A stretch of DNA of 22,356 nucleotides. Source: a virus. The DNA lies in IMG/VR virus record IMGVR_UViG_3300028840_003717; one strand, written 5' to 3'. Shown one piece after another: positions 1 through 8,321 of this stretch. The position numbers and the translations under genes were made by a program. Positions within the stretch are counted from its first letter, which is position 1. Each line of letters opens with the position of its first letter. Under the pieces are notes generated by a model that worked only from the letters and a program-made list of their open reading frames with translations, did no database searches and was not told the origin of the DNA.

Positions 1-306
1 CTGGACAAGCTGGTGGAGCTGTTCCACGGGGTCCTCCCGGAGTCCGAGCGGAAGGGCTGGCCCAAGCCCACGGCCAAGGCGGCGGAGCCGGCGGAGGACC
101 GGACGGAGCTGACCAAGGCGGAGGACCGGGTCAAGACCCTGGAGGATGAGCTGGCCGTGGCCAAGGCGGAGGTCAAGGACGTCAACGTCCGGCTGGCCAA
201 GGCCATGGACCGGGCCGTGGACTCCAACGTGGTCCCCACGGAAAAGAGAACCGGTGAGGGTGATGTGTTCTCATGGGGCTTTGACCTCAACGACCCGGAC
301 GACTAG
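1..306 (+). CDS. 3' end of a capsid scaffold / prohead protease-scaffold gene (5'-truncated by the window)
   Basis: Frame 1 is open from base 1 (LDKLVELFHG...) to TAG at 304-306. Charged coiled-coil-like segment (ELTKAEDRVKTLEDELAVAKAEVKDVNVRLAKAM). Lies directly upstream of the major capsid gene. Function is inferred from position. Confidence 0.55.
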   Translation: MDKLVELFHGVLPESERKGWPKPTAKAAEPAEDRTELTKAEDRVKTLEDELAVAKAEVKDVNVRLAKAMDRAVDSNVVPTEKRTGEGDVFSWGFDLNDPDD

Positions 307-409
307 GAGACCAAACCGGCCGGGTTTCAAAGCCTGACCGGATGTGAGAAGGTAGAGGCAGGCAAGCGGCGGGAGGCCGCGGAGACAACACCACAGAGGA
401 GGAGGGAGT

Positions 410-1345
410 ATGACCCCCACAAGGACGATTCTCCAGAAGGCCGATCTGTCGCTGTCGGACCTGATCACGGACGGTGGCTACCTGGAGCCGGCCCAGGCCA
501 AGAAATTCCTGGAGCGAGCGATCCGACGCGCCAAGCTCTCCGGGATGATCACGGTGACCACCCTGAAGTCCCCAACCCAGATCCTGGAAAACCTCCGGTT
601 CGCCGGCCAGGTCCTCCAGCCGGGGACGTCCGGGGAGGCCCTGACGGAGGCCCAGCGGTCCAAGCCGGACCTGGGGAAAGAGACGTGGAACGCCAAGCTG
701 TTCAAGGCGGAGGTCCGTATCCCGGATGAGGTCCTGGAGGACAACATCGAGGGCCAGGGCCTGAAGACCACGATCATGAACAGGGCCTCCGAGGCCGTGG
801 GCCGGGACGCGGAGAAGGTGGCGATCCAGGGTGACACCAGCTCCACCAACCCCCTCCTGGCCCAACTGGACGGGATCATCGTCCAGGCCACCAGCCACCC
901 CGTCTCCGCCTCCGGAGCGAGGCTGGACGCGGATGAGCTGAAAAAGATGCTCCGGGCCATGCCCAAGGAGTATCTGGACGATCGGGCCAACCTCCGGTTC
1001 CTCACGTCCATCAACGCTCAGGACGACTACCACAGCTCCCTGGAGGCCCTGACGGCCGACAAGGGGATCACGATGATCACGGATGACGGGTCCCCCAAGT
1101 ACAAGGGGATCCCCGTGGAGGACATCCCCCTGTTCCCGGAGGACCTGGGGGTGGGCTCCGATGAGACCGTGACCCTCCTGACCAACCCCAAGAACATCTA
1201 CATGGGGGTGTGGCGGCGGATCAAGGTGGCCACGGACATGGACGTCTCCGCCGGGGTGTTCATCATCGTGATCAGCCTCCGCTTCGATGTCCGCTACGCC
1301 ATTGAGGACTCCGTGGTCAAGCTCACGGAGGTCCTGAACAGCTAG
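410..1345 (+). CDS. Major capsid protein, HK97 fold (311 aa)
   Basis: Strong SD (GGAGGAGGGAG) before ATG. Capsid-like motifs GGYLEPAQAKKF, EVRIPDEVLEDNIEG, AVGRDAEKVAIQGD, LLTNPKNI, RFDVRY. Size and position fit. Confidence 0.9.
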   Translation: MTPTRTILQKADLSLSDLITDGGYLEPAQAKKFLERAIRRAKLSGMITVTTLKSPTQILENLRFAGQVLQPGTSGEALTEAQRSKPDLGKETWNAKLFKAEVRIPDEVLEDNIEGQGLKTTIMNRASEAVGRDAEKVAIQGDTSSTNPLLAQLDGIIVQATSHPVSASGARLDADELKKMLRAMPKEYLDDRANLRFLTSINAQDDYHSSLEALTADKGITMITDDGSPKYKGIPVEDIPLFPEDLGVGSDETVTLLTNPKNIYMGVWRRIKVATDMDVSAGVFIIVISLRFDVRYAIEDSVVKLTEVLNS

Positions 1346-1422
1346 GCCCTGACCGGCCCAGGCTGACCGGCAAGGACACCAACACCGGGGGGTGACCCCG
1401 GGACTCCAGGAGGAGGAGACAG

Positions 1423-1782
1423 ATGGCTCTTACCAACATCACAACGGCCGAAAGCCACAAGGCTCCATCGGCTCCCCTGTTCGCCGTCAAGGTGATCGCG
1501 GACCTGGACGCCAGCTATCCGGCCGGTGGCTACCCCCTGAACGAGCTGGGGGCCACGGACGATCCGGATCGCGTGTTCCCGGGGGCCAAGATCGTCCAGT
1601 CCGCCCCCGTCCCCCACTTCGACGGAGCGGCCACCACCAGGTGGTTCCGGCTGGTGGATGACGGTGGTGTGGCCAAGCTGGCCTGCTACACGGACGCCAG
1701 CGGCTCCCCGGGAGCGGAGGTGGCCGGAGCAACGGACCTGTCCGCCCACACCGGTGTGGAGGTGGAGGGCCTGGCTCAGTAG
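1423..1782 (+). CDS. Probable capsid decoration/cement protein (119 aa)
   Basis: SD GGAGGAGGAG. Immediately follows the capsid gene. Small, Ala/Gly/Thr-rich, with a DASYPAGGY motif of the kind seen in post-capsid proteins. Confidence 0.55.
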   Translation: MALTNITTAESHKAPSAPLFAVKVIADLDASYPAGGYPLNELGATDDPDRVFPGAKIVQSAPVPHFDGAATTRWFRLVDDGGVAKLACYTDASGSPGAEVAGATDLSAHTGVEVEGLAQ

Positions 1783-1859
1783 CCACGGTCCCCGGCCTGG
1801 ACAGGACCGGACGCGACACAACGGGGGAGGGTCCCCCGATGACAAAGTGAGGTAGAGAC

Positions 1860-2510
1860 ATGGCAAGTGACACCCTCCTGGTCCGCCTGAAGGCCCGGAA
1901 CCCCCGGGCCGGTTTGAAGGCCAAGGACTACAGCCTCCGCTACAACAAGCCGGGGAGCCCCCATCATCGCCGGTGGTTCGATTTCAAGCGGCCGATGGTG
2001 TGGCACAGGGTCCCGGCGGAGGTGGGGGAAAAGCTCCGGACCGTGTGTCAGGACCCTTACAGGCCAAGTCCCCTCCTGTTTGACGTATGCACGGAGGAGG
2101 AGGCCAGGGCCTTGGACCACAAGGCCAGGGTGGAACGGGAACGGGCCAAGGCCATTGTGGAGCCCACGGTGGACACGGCCGTGGACATGACCGGCTCCAA
2201 GCCGGCCTCCAATGACGGCCGTGGCGACATGAGGCCGGAGGACCTGACCGTGGCGTCCCGCCGGAGGGAGGCCATGGAGGCGGCTGGCCGCCCCCAGGAG
2301 GCCACGGAGCCTCCGGTGGCCCCACCACCACCACCGGACGATGATGAGCCGGAGGAGCCGGAGGAGGAGCCGGAGGAGGCCAATGACGGGCCGTCAATGG
2401 CCTGGACCAGGGCCAAGCTCATGGCCTATGTCAGGGGGCTGGGGGTCAAGACCACCAAGTCCATGACCAAGGCTGACCTGTTGGAGGCCATAGGGATCGA
2501 TCCGGAGTGA
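1860..2510 (+). CDS. Hypothetical protein with acidic/Pro linker and C-terminal Rho-N/HeH-like helical domain (216 aa)
   Basis: C-terminus WTRAKLMAYVRGLGVKTTKSMTKADLLEAI fits a helix-extension-helix pattern common in genes after capsid genes. It is preceded by the PPPPPDDDEPEEPEEEPEE linker. Confidence 0.65.
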   Translation: MASDTLLVRLKARNPRAGLKAKDYSLRYNKPGSPHHRRWFDFKRPMVWHRVPAEVGEKLRTVCQDPYRPSPLLFDVCTEEEARALDHKARVERERAKAIVEPTVDTAVDMTGSKPASNDGRGDMRPEDLTVASRRREAMEAAGRPQEATEPPVAPPPPPDDDEPEEPEEEPEEANDGPSMAWTRAKLMAYVRGLGVKTTKSMTKADLLEAIGIDPE

Positions 2511-2530
2511 CCCTCCAGGAGGAGGTCCCT

Positions 2531-3031
2531 ATGTCCAACCAATCCACGGATGAGGTGGTGTGGTCCACCTCTGATTTCTCCATCGCGGCCTACCTCCACA
2601 GCCTGGGGGTCCGGCTGGTCAACGTGACGTTCCGCCAAGGCGGCCAACGTCAGGACGCTGTGTTCCACTTCGATGACCGGAGCGGCCGGTGTCCGGAGAT
2701 GGCCATCCGTTTCCTCAACTCGGACGCCTTCAGCTATGACCAGGGCCAACGCGCCCTCAAAAAGCTAGTCTTTGGCTGGGCCGGCCAGGAGGAGGCCGGG
2801 GAGCGGGGGACCTGGTCCACAACGGACTTCCCCCTGGCGTCCTACGTCCTGTCCTCCGGGGCGGAGTTTGTTGGGTTCCGTCGCATCCACCGGAGCCGGC
2901 GGGAGTATGAGTTTTATTTCAAGGACGGGGACGGGAGCTGTGAGGAGCTGTCCGTGGCCTTCGTCAACTCCGCGGCTCATCGCTTTGATCAATCCCAACG
3001 CGCCCTCAAAAAGCTAGTCTTCGGCCGGTAG
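2531..3031 (+). CDS. Tandem two-domain protein, DUF5659-like (166 aa)
   Basis: ATG at 2531 follows SD AGGAGGAGG and is preferred to the GTG at 2507. Two ~72-aa repeats: WST(S/T)DFx(I/L)A(A/S)Y...F(L/V)NSxAxx(Y/F)DQxQRALKKLVFG. The family name is from recall of the motif. Confidence 0.65.
   Translation: MSNQSTDEVVWSTSDFSIAAYLHSLGVRLVNVTFRQGGQRQDAVFHFDDRSGRCPEMAIRFLNSDAFSYDQGQRALKKLVFGWAGQEEAGERGTWSTTDFPLASYVLSSGAEFVGFRRIHRSRREYEFYFKDGDGSCEELSVAFVNSAAHRFDQSQRALKKLVFGR
2746..3021 (+). repeat. 27-bp perfect direct repeat CCAACGCGCCCTCAAAAAGCTAGTCTT (2746-2772 and 2995-3021)
   Basis: Read directly; each copy encodes the end of one protein repeat (QRALKKLVF). Confidence 0.95.
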
Positions 3032-3054
3032 CCTATAGCCTACAAGATCGTCCG

Positions 3055-3086
3055 CCTGTTCGGGTGGGGGGTCCCTGGTCTATACT
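3055..3086 (+). promoter_or_regulatory. Candidate promoter: CCTGTTCGGGTGGGG followed by -10-like TATACT
   Basis: Intergenic. The same 15-mer recurs at 11686-11700 at nearly the same distance from a -10-like TAGGCT. Confidence 0.4.
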
Positions 3087-3183
3087 CCAGGGGGGCCTTC
3101 CCGGGGGGATGGGTCCAGGTTGAGGTCAGGCGGAGTGGGACAGCTACCAGGACACGGCCGTCAGGCCATGAGGAGGAGACACG

Positions 3184-4668
3184 ATGGGACTCACCAGAAT
3201 CCGCCAGGACCATATCTGGTCTGAGAACGCCAGCATTGATGACAGCCTGAACCCCCCGGACCATGACGCCAACGCGGTGGACCTGAAGGACACCCTGGAC
3301 TACATGGCCTCACAGCTTGTGGACATCCTGGGGGAGACCAACTGGTATGACGCCCCGGACCTGTCCGTGTCCGCCATGGCGGCCAAGACATGGCTGGACG
3401 ACAAGAAGGCCCTCCGGGACTACCTCCACCTCCAGGACATCCCTGTCCCGGCCTCCCAAAACTACGTGGTCCTGTCCGCCACGGGGAGCCAAACACCCTC
3501 CAGGCCCATCGCGATCGGAGCGTCAACGTCCGGGTCCGTGGCGGCGGAGCTGTCCGGGGACGTGGGATCTCATGACCTGGCGGAGGTGGCTGGTCCCAAC
3601 GCCCTGAACCCGGAAAACCTGTGCATCGTCTTCGACGGTTCCACCGGTGACCCCATCAAGTCCAGCGGACGGCAAGTCTATGCCCTCCTCCAGGCGGAGA
3701 ACGGGGCGGCCGATGGTGGAGCATGGACGGACACGGCCAACCAAGGCCAGCTCTCTTTCGTCCGGCCCAACGCCACCTATGACGATCTGGAGGCTTGTCC
3801 TGTGGCGGACATTGAGTCCACCTCCATCAACTATGTCTACGCGGACCGGGAGACCCTGTCCCTGTGGGCCGCTTCGGACTTCCGCCGATCGTCGGTCCTG
3901 TTGGACCTGGCGGCCCCTGGTGTCACCATCACCATGGACATCGCATATGACGGCGGGAGCCTGGTCAACGTGGATGACACGGACGTTGACTTCCGCCTGA
4001 CGGACACCAAGCATTTCTATGTTTCGGACGTGTCCGGGGCGGCCCGTATCCTGGACGTCCACGCGGAGGCGGCTGGGGATGAGGTGGACATCAACGCCCC
4101 CGGCGGGATTGACGTGGCGGCCGGTGACCTCACCATGGCCAGCTCCAAGGCCACCATCAACGGGGTGGAGGTGGGTGGAGCGGCCGGCCAGGTGGCCACC
4201 CTGTCCGGTGACCTCATCCTGGACGGGGCCGATGACATCACGTTCACCACGGTCCGGGAGACCACTCCCCTCCCCTTGGACGACGCCACCAACGGTCCGA
4301 TCTCCGGCCTGGCCGGCGGACCCTTCACGTCCATTTCGGACGCGATCGCCTACGCTATCGAGTCCGGGACCAGCCTGACGATCGGGGTCACGGTTCTGGC
4401 GTCCAACTATGCCAGGGACGCCAACATCCCCGGCGGAGCTGGCGGCCTGGACATCTCCGCCGGGAACGGCCACTCCATCGACATGAACACCCCCTCCGGG
4501 GTGGACACCCTCCTGTTCCTCAACGGCCGTCTCCTGTATGGCGGCAACGACTCCACCAATAATGATGCCTATGCTGGAAACAACCCGGCGGCCGGTGACA
4601 TCAAGGTGGACTTCCCCGGTGGCGTCAAGTCCGGTGACGTGTTCATCGCGGTCCAATTCTCCGCCTAG
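3184..4668 (+). CDS. Probable virion structural / fibre-like protein (494 aa)
   Basis: SD GAGGAGGAG. Acidic, Gly/Ala/Thr/Asp-rich, beta-rich composition. C-terminal LLFLNGRLL...GD module resembles the 8090 and 8322 proteins. Confidence 0.65.
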   Translation: MGLTRIRQDHIWSENASIDDSLNPPDHDANAVDLKDTLDYMASQLVDILGETNWYDAPDLSVSAMAAKTWLDDKKALRDYLHLQDIPVPASQNYVVLSATGSQTPSRPIAIGASTSGSVAAELSGDVGSHDLAEVAGPNALNPENLCIVFDGSTGDPIKSSGRQVYALLQAENGAADGGAWTDTANQGQLSFVRPNATYDDLEACPVADIESTSINYVYADRETLSLWAASDFRRSSVLLDLAAPGVTITMDIAYDGGSLVNVDDTDVDFRLTDTKHFYVSDVSGAARILDVHAEAAGDEVDINAPGGIDVAAGDLTMASSKATINGVEVGGAAGQVATLSGDLILDGADDITFTTVRETTPLPLDDATNGPISGLAGGPFTSISDAIAYAIESGTSLTIGVTVLASNYARDANIPGGAGGLDISAGNGHSIDMNTPSGVDTLLFLNGRLLYGGNDSTNNDAYAGNNPAAGDIKVDFPGGVKSGDVFIAVQFSA

Positions 4669-4717
4669 CGGAGCCCCCACGTGAGCTGACCGGCCCGTGG
4701 CCGGAGGAGGTAGAGAT

Positions 4718-5365
4718 ATGACGGACAAGGTAGAGACGATTGGCCCCCAGGACCCCAAGGTCCATGGACAGGTCCAGGGGTTCCAACAGGTCCTCCAGGT
4801 GATGGAGCGGGACGTGGCTGGCCTGAAAGAACGCCAGATCTCACAGGAGGGGATCAGGACCGGGGCCATGGCCGTGGCGGCCCAGGTCCAGGGGATGATG
4901 GCTCCGATCCAGAAGGCTGTGGCGGCGGACACCATGGACCCGGAGGAGGCCAAGCTCCGCCGGGACACGATCATGGGGGCCATGGCCGTGGCGGAGGAGG
5001 TGGCCGCCAAGGCGGAGCGGGAGGCCATCCTCCTGAAGGGGGAGGCCCGTGGCCTGGCCCGTCAGGTCCAGTCCATCCGCAAGCTCCACCAGGGTGTCCT
5101 GGACGGGGAGCGGCGGAAGGCTGAGATGGAGGCGGACCAGGCGGAGGGCCGGTCCATGAGGTCAGGCCCGATCGGTTCTGGGAAGTCCGATGGCCAACAG
5201 GCTGACCAGCCCAAGGTCACGGCCAAGCCCAAGGCGAAGTCCAAGGCCGGCAAGGGGGCCAGGACGGCCTCCAAGGGCTCCAAGGCCAAGGGGAAGGCCA
5301 AGACCCCGGCCAAGGGCTCCAAGGCGTCCAGGGCGGCCACAGCCACCAAGGCGGCCGGGTCCTGA
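4718..5365 (+). CDS. Coiled-coil protein with Lys/Ala-rich (histone H1-like) C-terminal tail (215 aa)
   Basis: ATG at 4718 follows SD GGAGGAGG. Helical N-terminal part, then KPKAKSKAGKGARTASKGSKAKGKAKTPAKGSK. Confidence 0.7.
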   Translation: MTDKVETIGPQDPKVHGQVQGFQQVLQVMERDVAGLKERQISQEGIRTGAMAVAAQVQGMMAPIQKAVAADTMDPEEAKLRRDTIMGAMAVAEEVAAKAEREAILLKGEARGLARQVQSIRKLHQGVLDGERRKAEMEADQAEGRSMRSGPIGSGKSDGQQADQPKVTAKPKAKSKAGKGARTASKGSKAKGKAKTPAKGSKASRAATATKAAGS

Positions 5366-5367
5366 CG

Positions 5368-5823
5368 GTGGGGGTCACCCCGGATAGGTTCCCTGGCTCC
5401 AGGGAGGAGGATGAGCTGGTCCTCCGGCCGGCCACGGAGGACCCGGCCACGGAGGGAGCCCTCCGCTACGTCAACGGGGCCTGGAGGCTGGTGGACGGGT
5501 CCGGTGTCTTCGACCCCAGGACCGGAGGCTCCGGCCTCACCCCGGCTCAACACAACGCCCTGGACCAGCTTGTCCATGACGTCACGGAGTCATGTTTCTA
5601 TGAGATCGCCTACTCCGGGAACAGGATCACCACGGAGACGTGGTGGACGGACGCCACGAAGACCACCAAGGTCCGGGAGATCGGCTACACGTATTCCGGC
5701 TCCCTGGTGACCACGGAGACGTGGCGACAGTATGACGGGGCTGGTGTAGAGGTGGAGGCCCTGACCATCACCTACACCTACTCCGGGAACAGGGTGGTGT
5801 CCGCCACCTATGTGAGGAGCTGA
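5368..5823 (+). CDS. Hypothetical virion protein with three Y(T)YSG beta-hairpin (YD-like) repeats (151 aa)
   Basis: IAYSGNRITTETW / YTYSGSLVTTETW / YTYSGNRVVSATY. Fills the gap between neighbours exactly. GTG start is uncertain. Confidence 0.7.
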   Translation: MGVTPDRFPGSREEDELVLRPATEDPATEGALRYVNGAWRLVDGSGVFDPRTGGSGLTPAQHNALDQLVHDVTESCFYEIAYSGNRITTETWWTDATKTTKVREIGYTYSGSLVTTETWRQYDGAGVEVEALTITYTYSGNRVVSATYVRS

Positions 5824-5827
5824 CACC

Positions 5828-6739
5828 ATGCCGATCGTCCAGGTCATCGTGGATGAGTCCACCTCCAAGGTCATCGCCGGGGTCTACCAATGGGACCGGG
5901 CCTCCGGTGGGATCTTCGTCCCTCCGTCCGGGTCCGCGTTCCCGGCAAGCCCCCAGGAGGGGGAGTGGTTCTTCCGGACGGATGAGGGGATGGCCTACCG
6001 CTACTCCGGCTCCGTGTGGGAGGCCCAGGCGGCGGACGCGGCGGCCCATGACATCGCGGGACAGAAACACACCGGCCAGCTCCCTCACAGCTCCCTGTCC
6101 GGGATCGTTGCCGATGACCACCACCCCCATCCAAACAAGGCCCAACTGGACCTGGTCACGGACGGGGACCATGACGTCCGGGCGGACAATCCACACGGTG
6201 TGTCTCCCGGTCAGATCGGGGCGGCCACCACCAGCCACGCCAGCTCCCACCTCCCCACGGGGAGTGATCCGGTGGCCCGTCAAGCGGAGCTGATCTGTGT
6301 CCGTGAGTCCAACAATGGACAGAACCTGGCGGCCGGCGGGACGGTGATCGAATTTGACACCACCCACCTCAACACGGCCCCATCCCTGTTCACGCGGCTG
6401 GGCTCCACTGAGATCCAGTTTGAGACGGCCGGCCTGGTGGACATCATGGCCAAGGTCACCGTCCGACAGACGGCCGGGACCGGCCGGACGATCAGCATCC
6501 TGGGGGTGGAGTATTCGGATGATGGTGGGTCAAGCTGGACGCTGGTCCCGGGAGCCGGCGGAGCCCTCTACACCAGGAACAACACGGACGGCCACTATGG
6601 GACCCTGGTGGCGTCCGTCCGTGGCCAGGTAGGGGTGGGGGACCGGGTGAGGGTCTACGGGGAGCGGCTGGCCGGGACGGGGACGATCGCCCTGGTGGCC
6701 AATGGCTCCAACCTGGGGATCACGTGGTGGCCCCTATGA
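5828..6739 (+). CDS. Fibre-like protein with His-rich shaft motifs and C-terminal C1q/TNF-like domain (303 aa)
   Basis: FPASPQEGEWFFRTD motif. His motifs DDHHPH, NPHGV and HASSH are typical of trimeric fibres. C-terminal IEFDT...FETAGLVDI...VGDRVRV pattern is C1q/BclA-like. Confidence 0.65.
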   Translation: MPIVQVIVDESTSKVIAGVYQWDRASGGIFVPPSGSAFPASPQEGEWFFRTDEGMAYRYSGSVWEAQAADAAAHDIAGQKHTGQLPHSSLSGIVADDHHPHPNKAQLDLVTDGDHDVRADNPHGVSPGQIGAATTSHASSHLPTGSDPVARQAELICVRESNNGQNLAAGGTVIEFDTTHLNTAPSLFTRLGSTEIQFETAGLVDIMAKVTVRQTAGTGRTISILGVEYSDDGGSSWTLVPGAGGALYTRNNTDGHYGTLVASVRGQVGVGDRVRVYGERLAGTGTIALVANGSNLGITWWPL

Positions 6740-6752
6740 GTGAGGTGGGACG

Positions 6753-7400
6753 ATGAGCCAAGCCTATGACTACCCCCTGTCCTCCGCGTTCCCCAACGGG
6801 ACATGGTGCAAGCTCCGCCTGGACCAGGAGATCCAGAATACGGATGAGATCACCAAGGTCCTGGAGGCCACGGCGGAGGTGGAGGCTGGGGAGCCTCCTG
6901 TGGAGACCGTCCGGGTGACGTTTGTTTCGGCCCTGACGGGGGATGAGCTGGTGGCCCTGGACCGTGTAGTGGCCCAACACACGGGGGAGCCCCTGAAAAC
7001 AGTCCCGGACCCCGTCATCCTGGAGCCTACCGGGGACAACAGCCAGAACCTGGTCATGTATGGCGAATCCTTTGAGGCGGACCTCAACACCACCACCAAC
7101 CATGACGTGGCCTTTGACCACGTCCGCCAGCTCCAGGGGGTGTCCTTTGAGATCACGGACCACCAACGGGGGGACCATGTCCGGGTGGCTGTGTGTCTCC
7201 CGGATGGGACGGAGATCAGGGCCTTGGCGGAGGGGAAGAACGGGGAGGGGATACCAGTCCCGCCGGGGGGTGTGGTGGCCGTGGTGGCGGAGGGGACCGT
7301 GGAGGTCCCGGCCGGGGTCTTGATCAGGATCGCCTACACGTCCACGGCCGTCCAGCTCCCCAAGCCCTATATCCATTTCAGGCTCCGTCAATGGAGGTGA
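6753..7400 (+). CDS. Hypothetical protein, probably virion/fibre-associated (215 aa)
   Basis: SD GAGGTGG, operon-like packing and codon usage like neighbours. No family confidently recognised. Confidence 0.65.
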   Translation: MSQAYDYPLSSAFPNGTWCKLRLDQEIQNTDEITKVLEATAEVEAGEPPVETVRVTFVSALTGDELVALDRVVAQHTGEPLKTVPDPVILEPTGDNSQNLVMYGESFEADLNTTTNHDVAFDHVRQLQGVSFEITDHQRGDHVRVAVCLPDGTEIRALAEGKNGEGIPVPPGGVVAVVAEGTVEVPAGVLIRIAYTSTAVQLPKPYIHFRLRQWR

Positions 7401-7437
7401 GGACCAGGTGATGGTGGGGGAGGGCCAGGAGTAGACC

Positions 7438-8103
7438 ATGAGCAACGGACGATCGGACTCAAGACACACCCCCATCCCCACGGACCTCATGGGCCTCACC
7501 AAGGCCGTCACCAGGATTGAGGAGGGGGTCACCACCATCAAGCGGGACCTCCTCCCTCCCGTGACGGCGGCCTCCGCGGAGGCCAGGGACGGGGTCATCA
7601 AGCTGGAGGGATGGTCCAAGGACCTCACCAGGAGGGTCAGGACTCTGGAGACCACTCCACCTCCGTCTCCGTCTCATGAGTGTCACCAGGACGATCGGCT
7701 GGACGCCCATGATCGGGCCATCACAGTCCAGGAGAAGGAAGTGGCCGGCCTGACCAAGTGGCGGACGTGGCTGGCGGCCATCACCATCCCCCTCCTCCTG
7801 GCGGCGGCCGGGACGGCCGGCAAGGCCATCAACGACTCCGCCACCACCAGGACCGTGGTCAACTCCAACACCAAGGCCATCACGAACCTGGTGGACGCCA
7901 GGGAGCGGGACAGGGACGCGATCATCCGGGAGGTCAGGACGGTCCCGGCCAAGGTTCAACAGGTGGCCACAACGGACCGTGAGGAGCGGGAGGCCCAGGA
8001 CAAGGCTCCCTCCATCACGGAGGTCAAGGCCAAGATGACGGCCAGCCAACGGAGGCGGCTGGAGCGTCTACTCCAGGAGGCGGAGATCGATGACGGGGGA
8101 TGA
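7438..8103 (+). CDS. Coiled-coil protein with one predicted transmembrane helix (221 aa)
   Basis: SD AGGAG. Hydrophobic stretch WLAAITIPLLLAAAGTAG is flanked by coiled-coil-like segments. Confidence 0.65.
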   Translation: MSNGRSDSRHTPIPTDLMGLTKAVTRIEEGVTTIKRDLLPPVTAASAEARDGVIKLEGWSKDLTRRVRTLETTPPPSPSHECHQDDRLDAHDRAITVQEKEVAGLTKWRTWLAAITIPLLLAAAGTAGKAINDSATTRTVVNSNTKAITNLVDARERDRDAIIREVRTVPAKVQQVATTDREEREAQDKAPSITEVKAKMTASQRRRLERLLQEAEIDDGG

Positions 8104-8320
8104 GCTGGTGGAGGATGCGATCGGGGTCATCAACGGGTTCAACACGTCCTACGCCACCCCCACCCCCTACCAGTCCGGAACCCTCCGGGCATTCCTCAAC
8201 GGCCAGCTCATCGCGGCCACGGATGACGATGGGCCAACGGAGACCGGAGCGGACACGTTCTCCATGGGGCTCCCCCCCAGGACGGGTGATAGACTCCGGG
8301 TGAGATACCTGGAGGCTTGA
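8090..8320 (+). CDS. Small beta-rich 'LNGQL' module protein (76 aa)
   Basis: SD GGAG; overlaps the upstream gene by 14 nt. Clear paralogue of the N-terminal half of 8322..8771 (GTLRxxLNGQLI...DDDGPxE...PRxGDxL). Confidence 0.75.
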   Translation: MTGDELVEDAIGVINGFNTSYATPTPYQSGTLRAFLNGQLIAATDDDGPTETGADTFSMGLPPRTGDRLRVRYLEA

Positions 8321-8321
8321 C

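Noticed and set aside
410-1345. Encapsulin shell protein
   Set aside because: Context is a full virion morphogenesis operon with no cargo enzyme gene.
1346-1422. Intrinsic terminator after the capsid gene (CCGGGG/CCCCGG stem), and similar stems after the sheath and tube genes
   Set aside because: Short GC stems with no U-tract; not distinguishable from chance in this base composition.
5368-5823. Rhs/YD toxin
   Set aside because: Only three short repeats in 151 aa, with no Rhs core, toxin domain or immunity gene.
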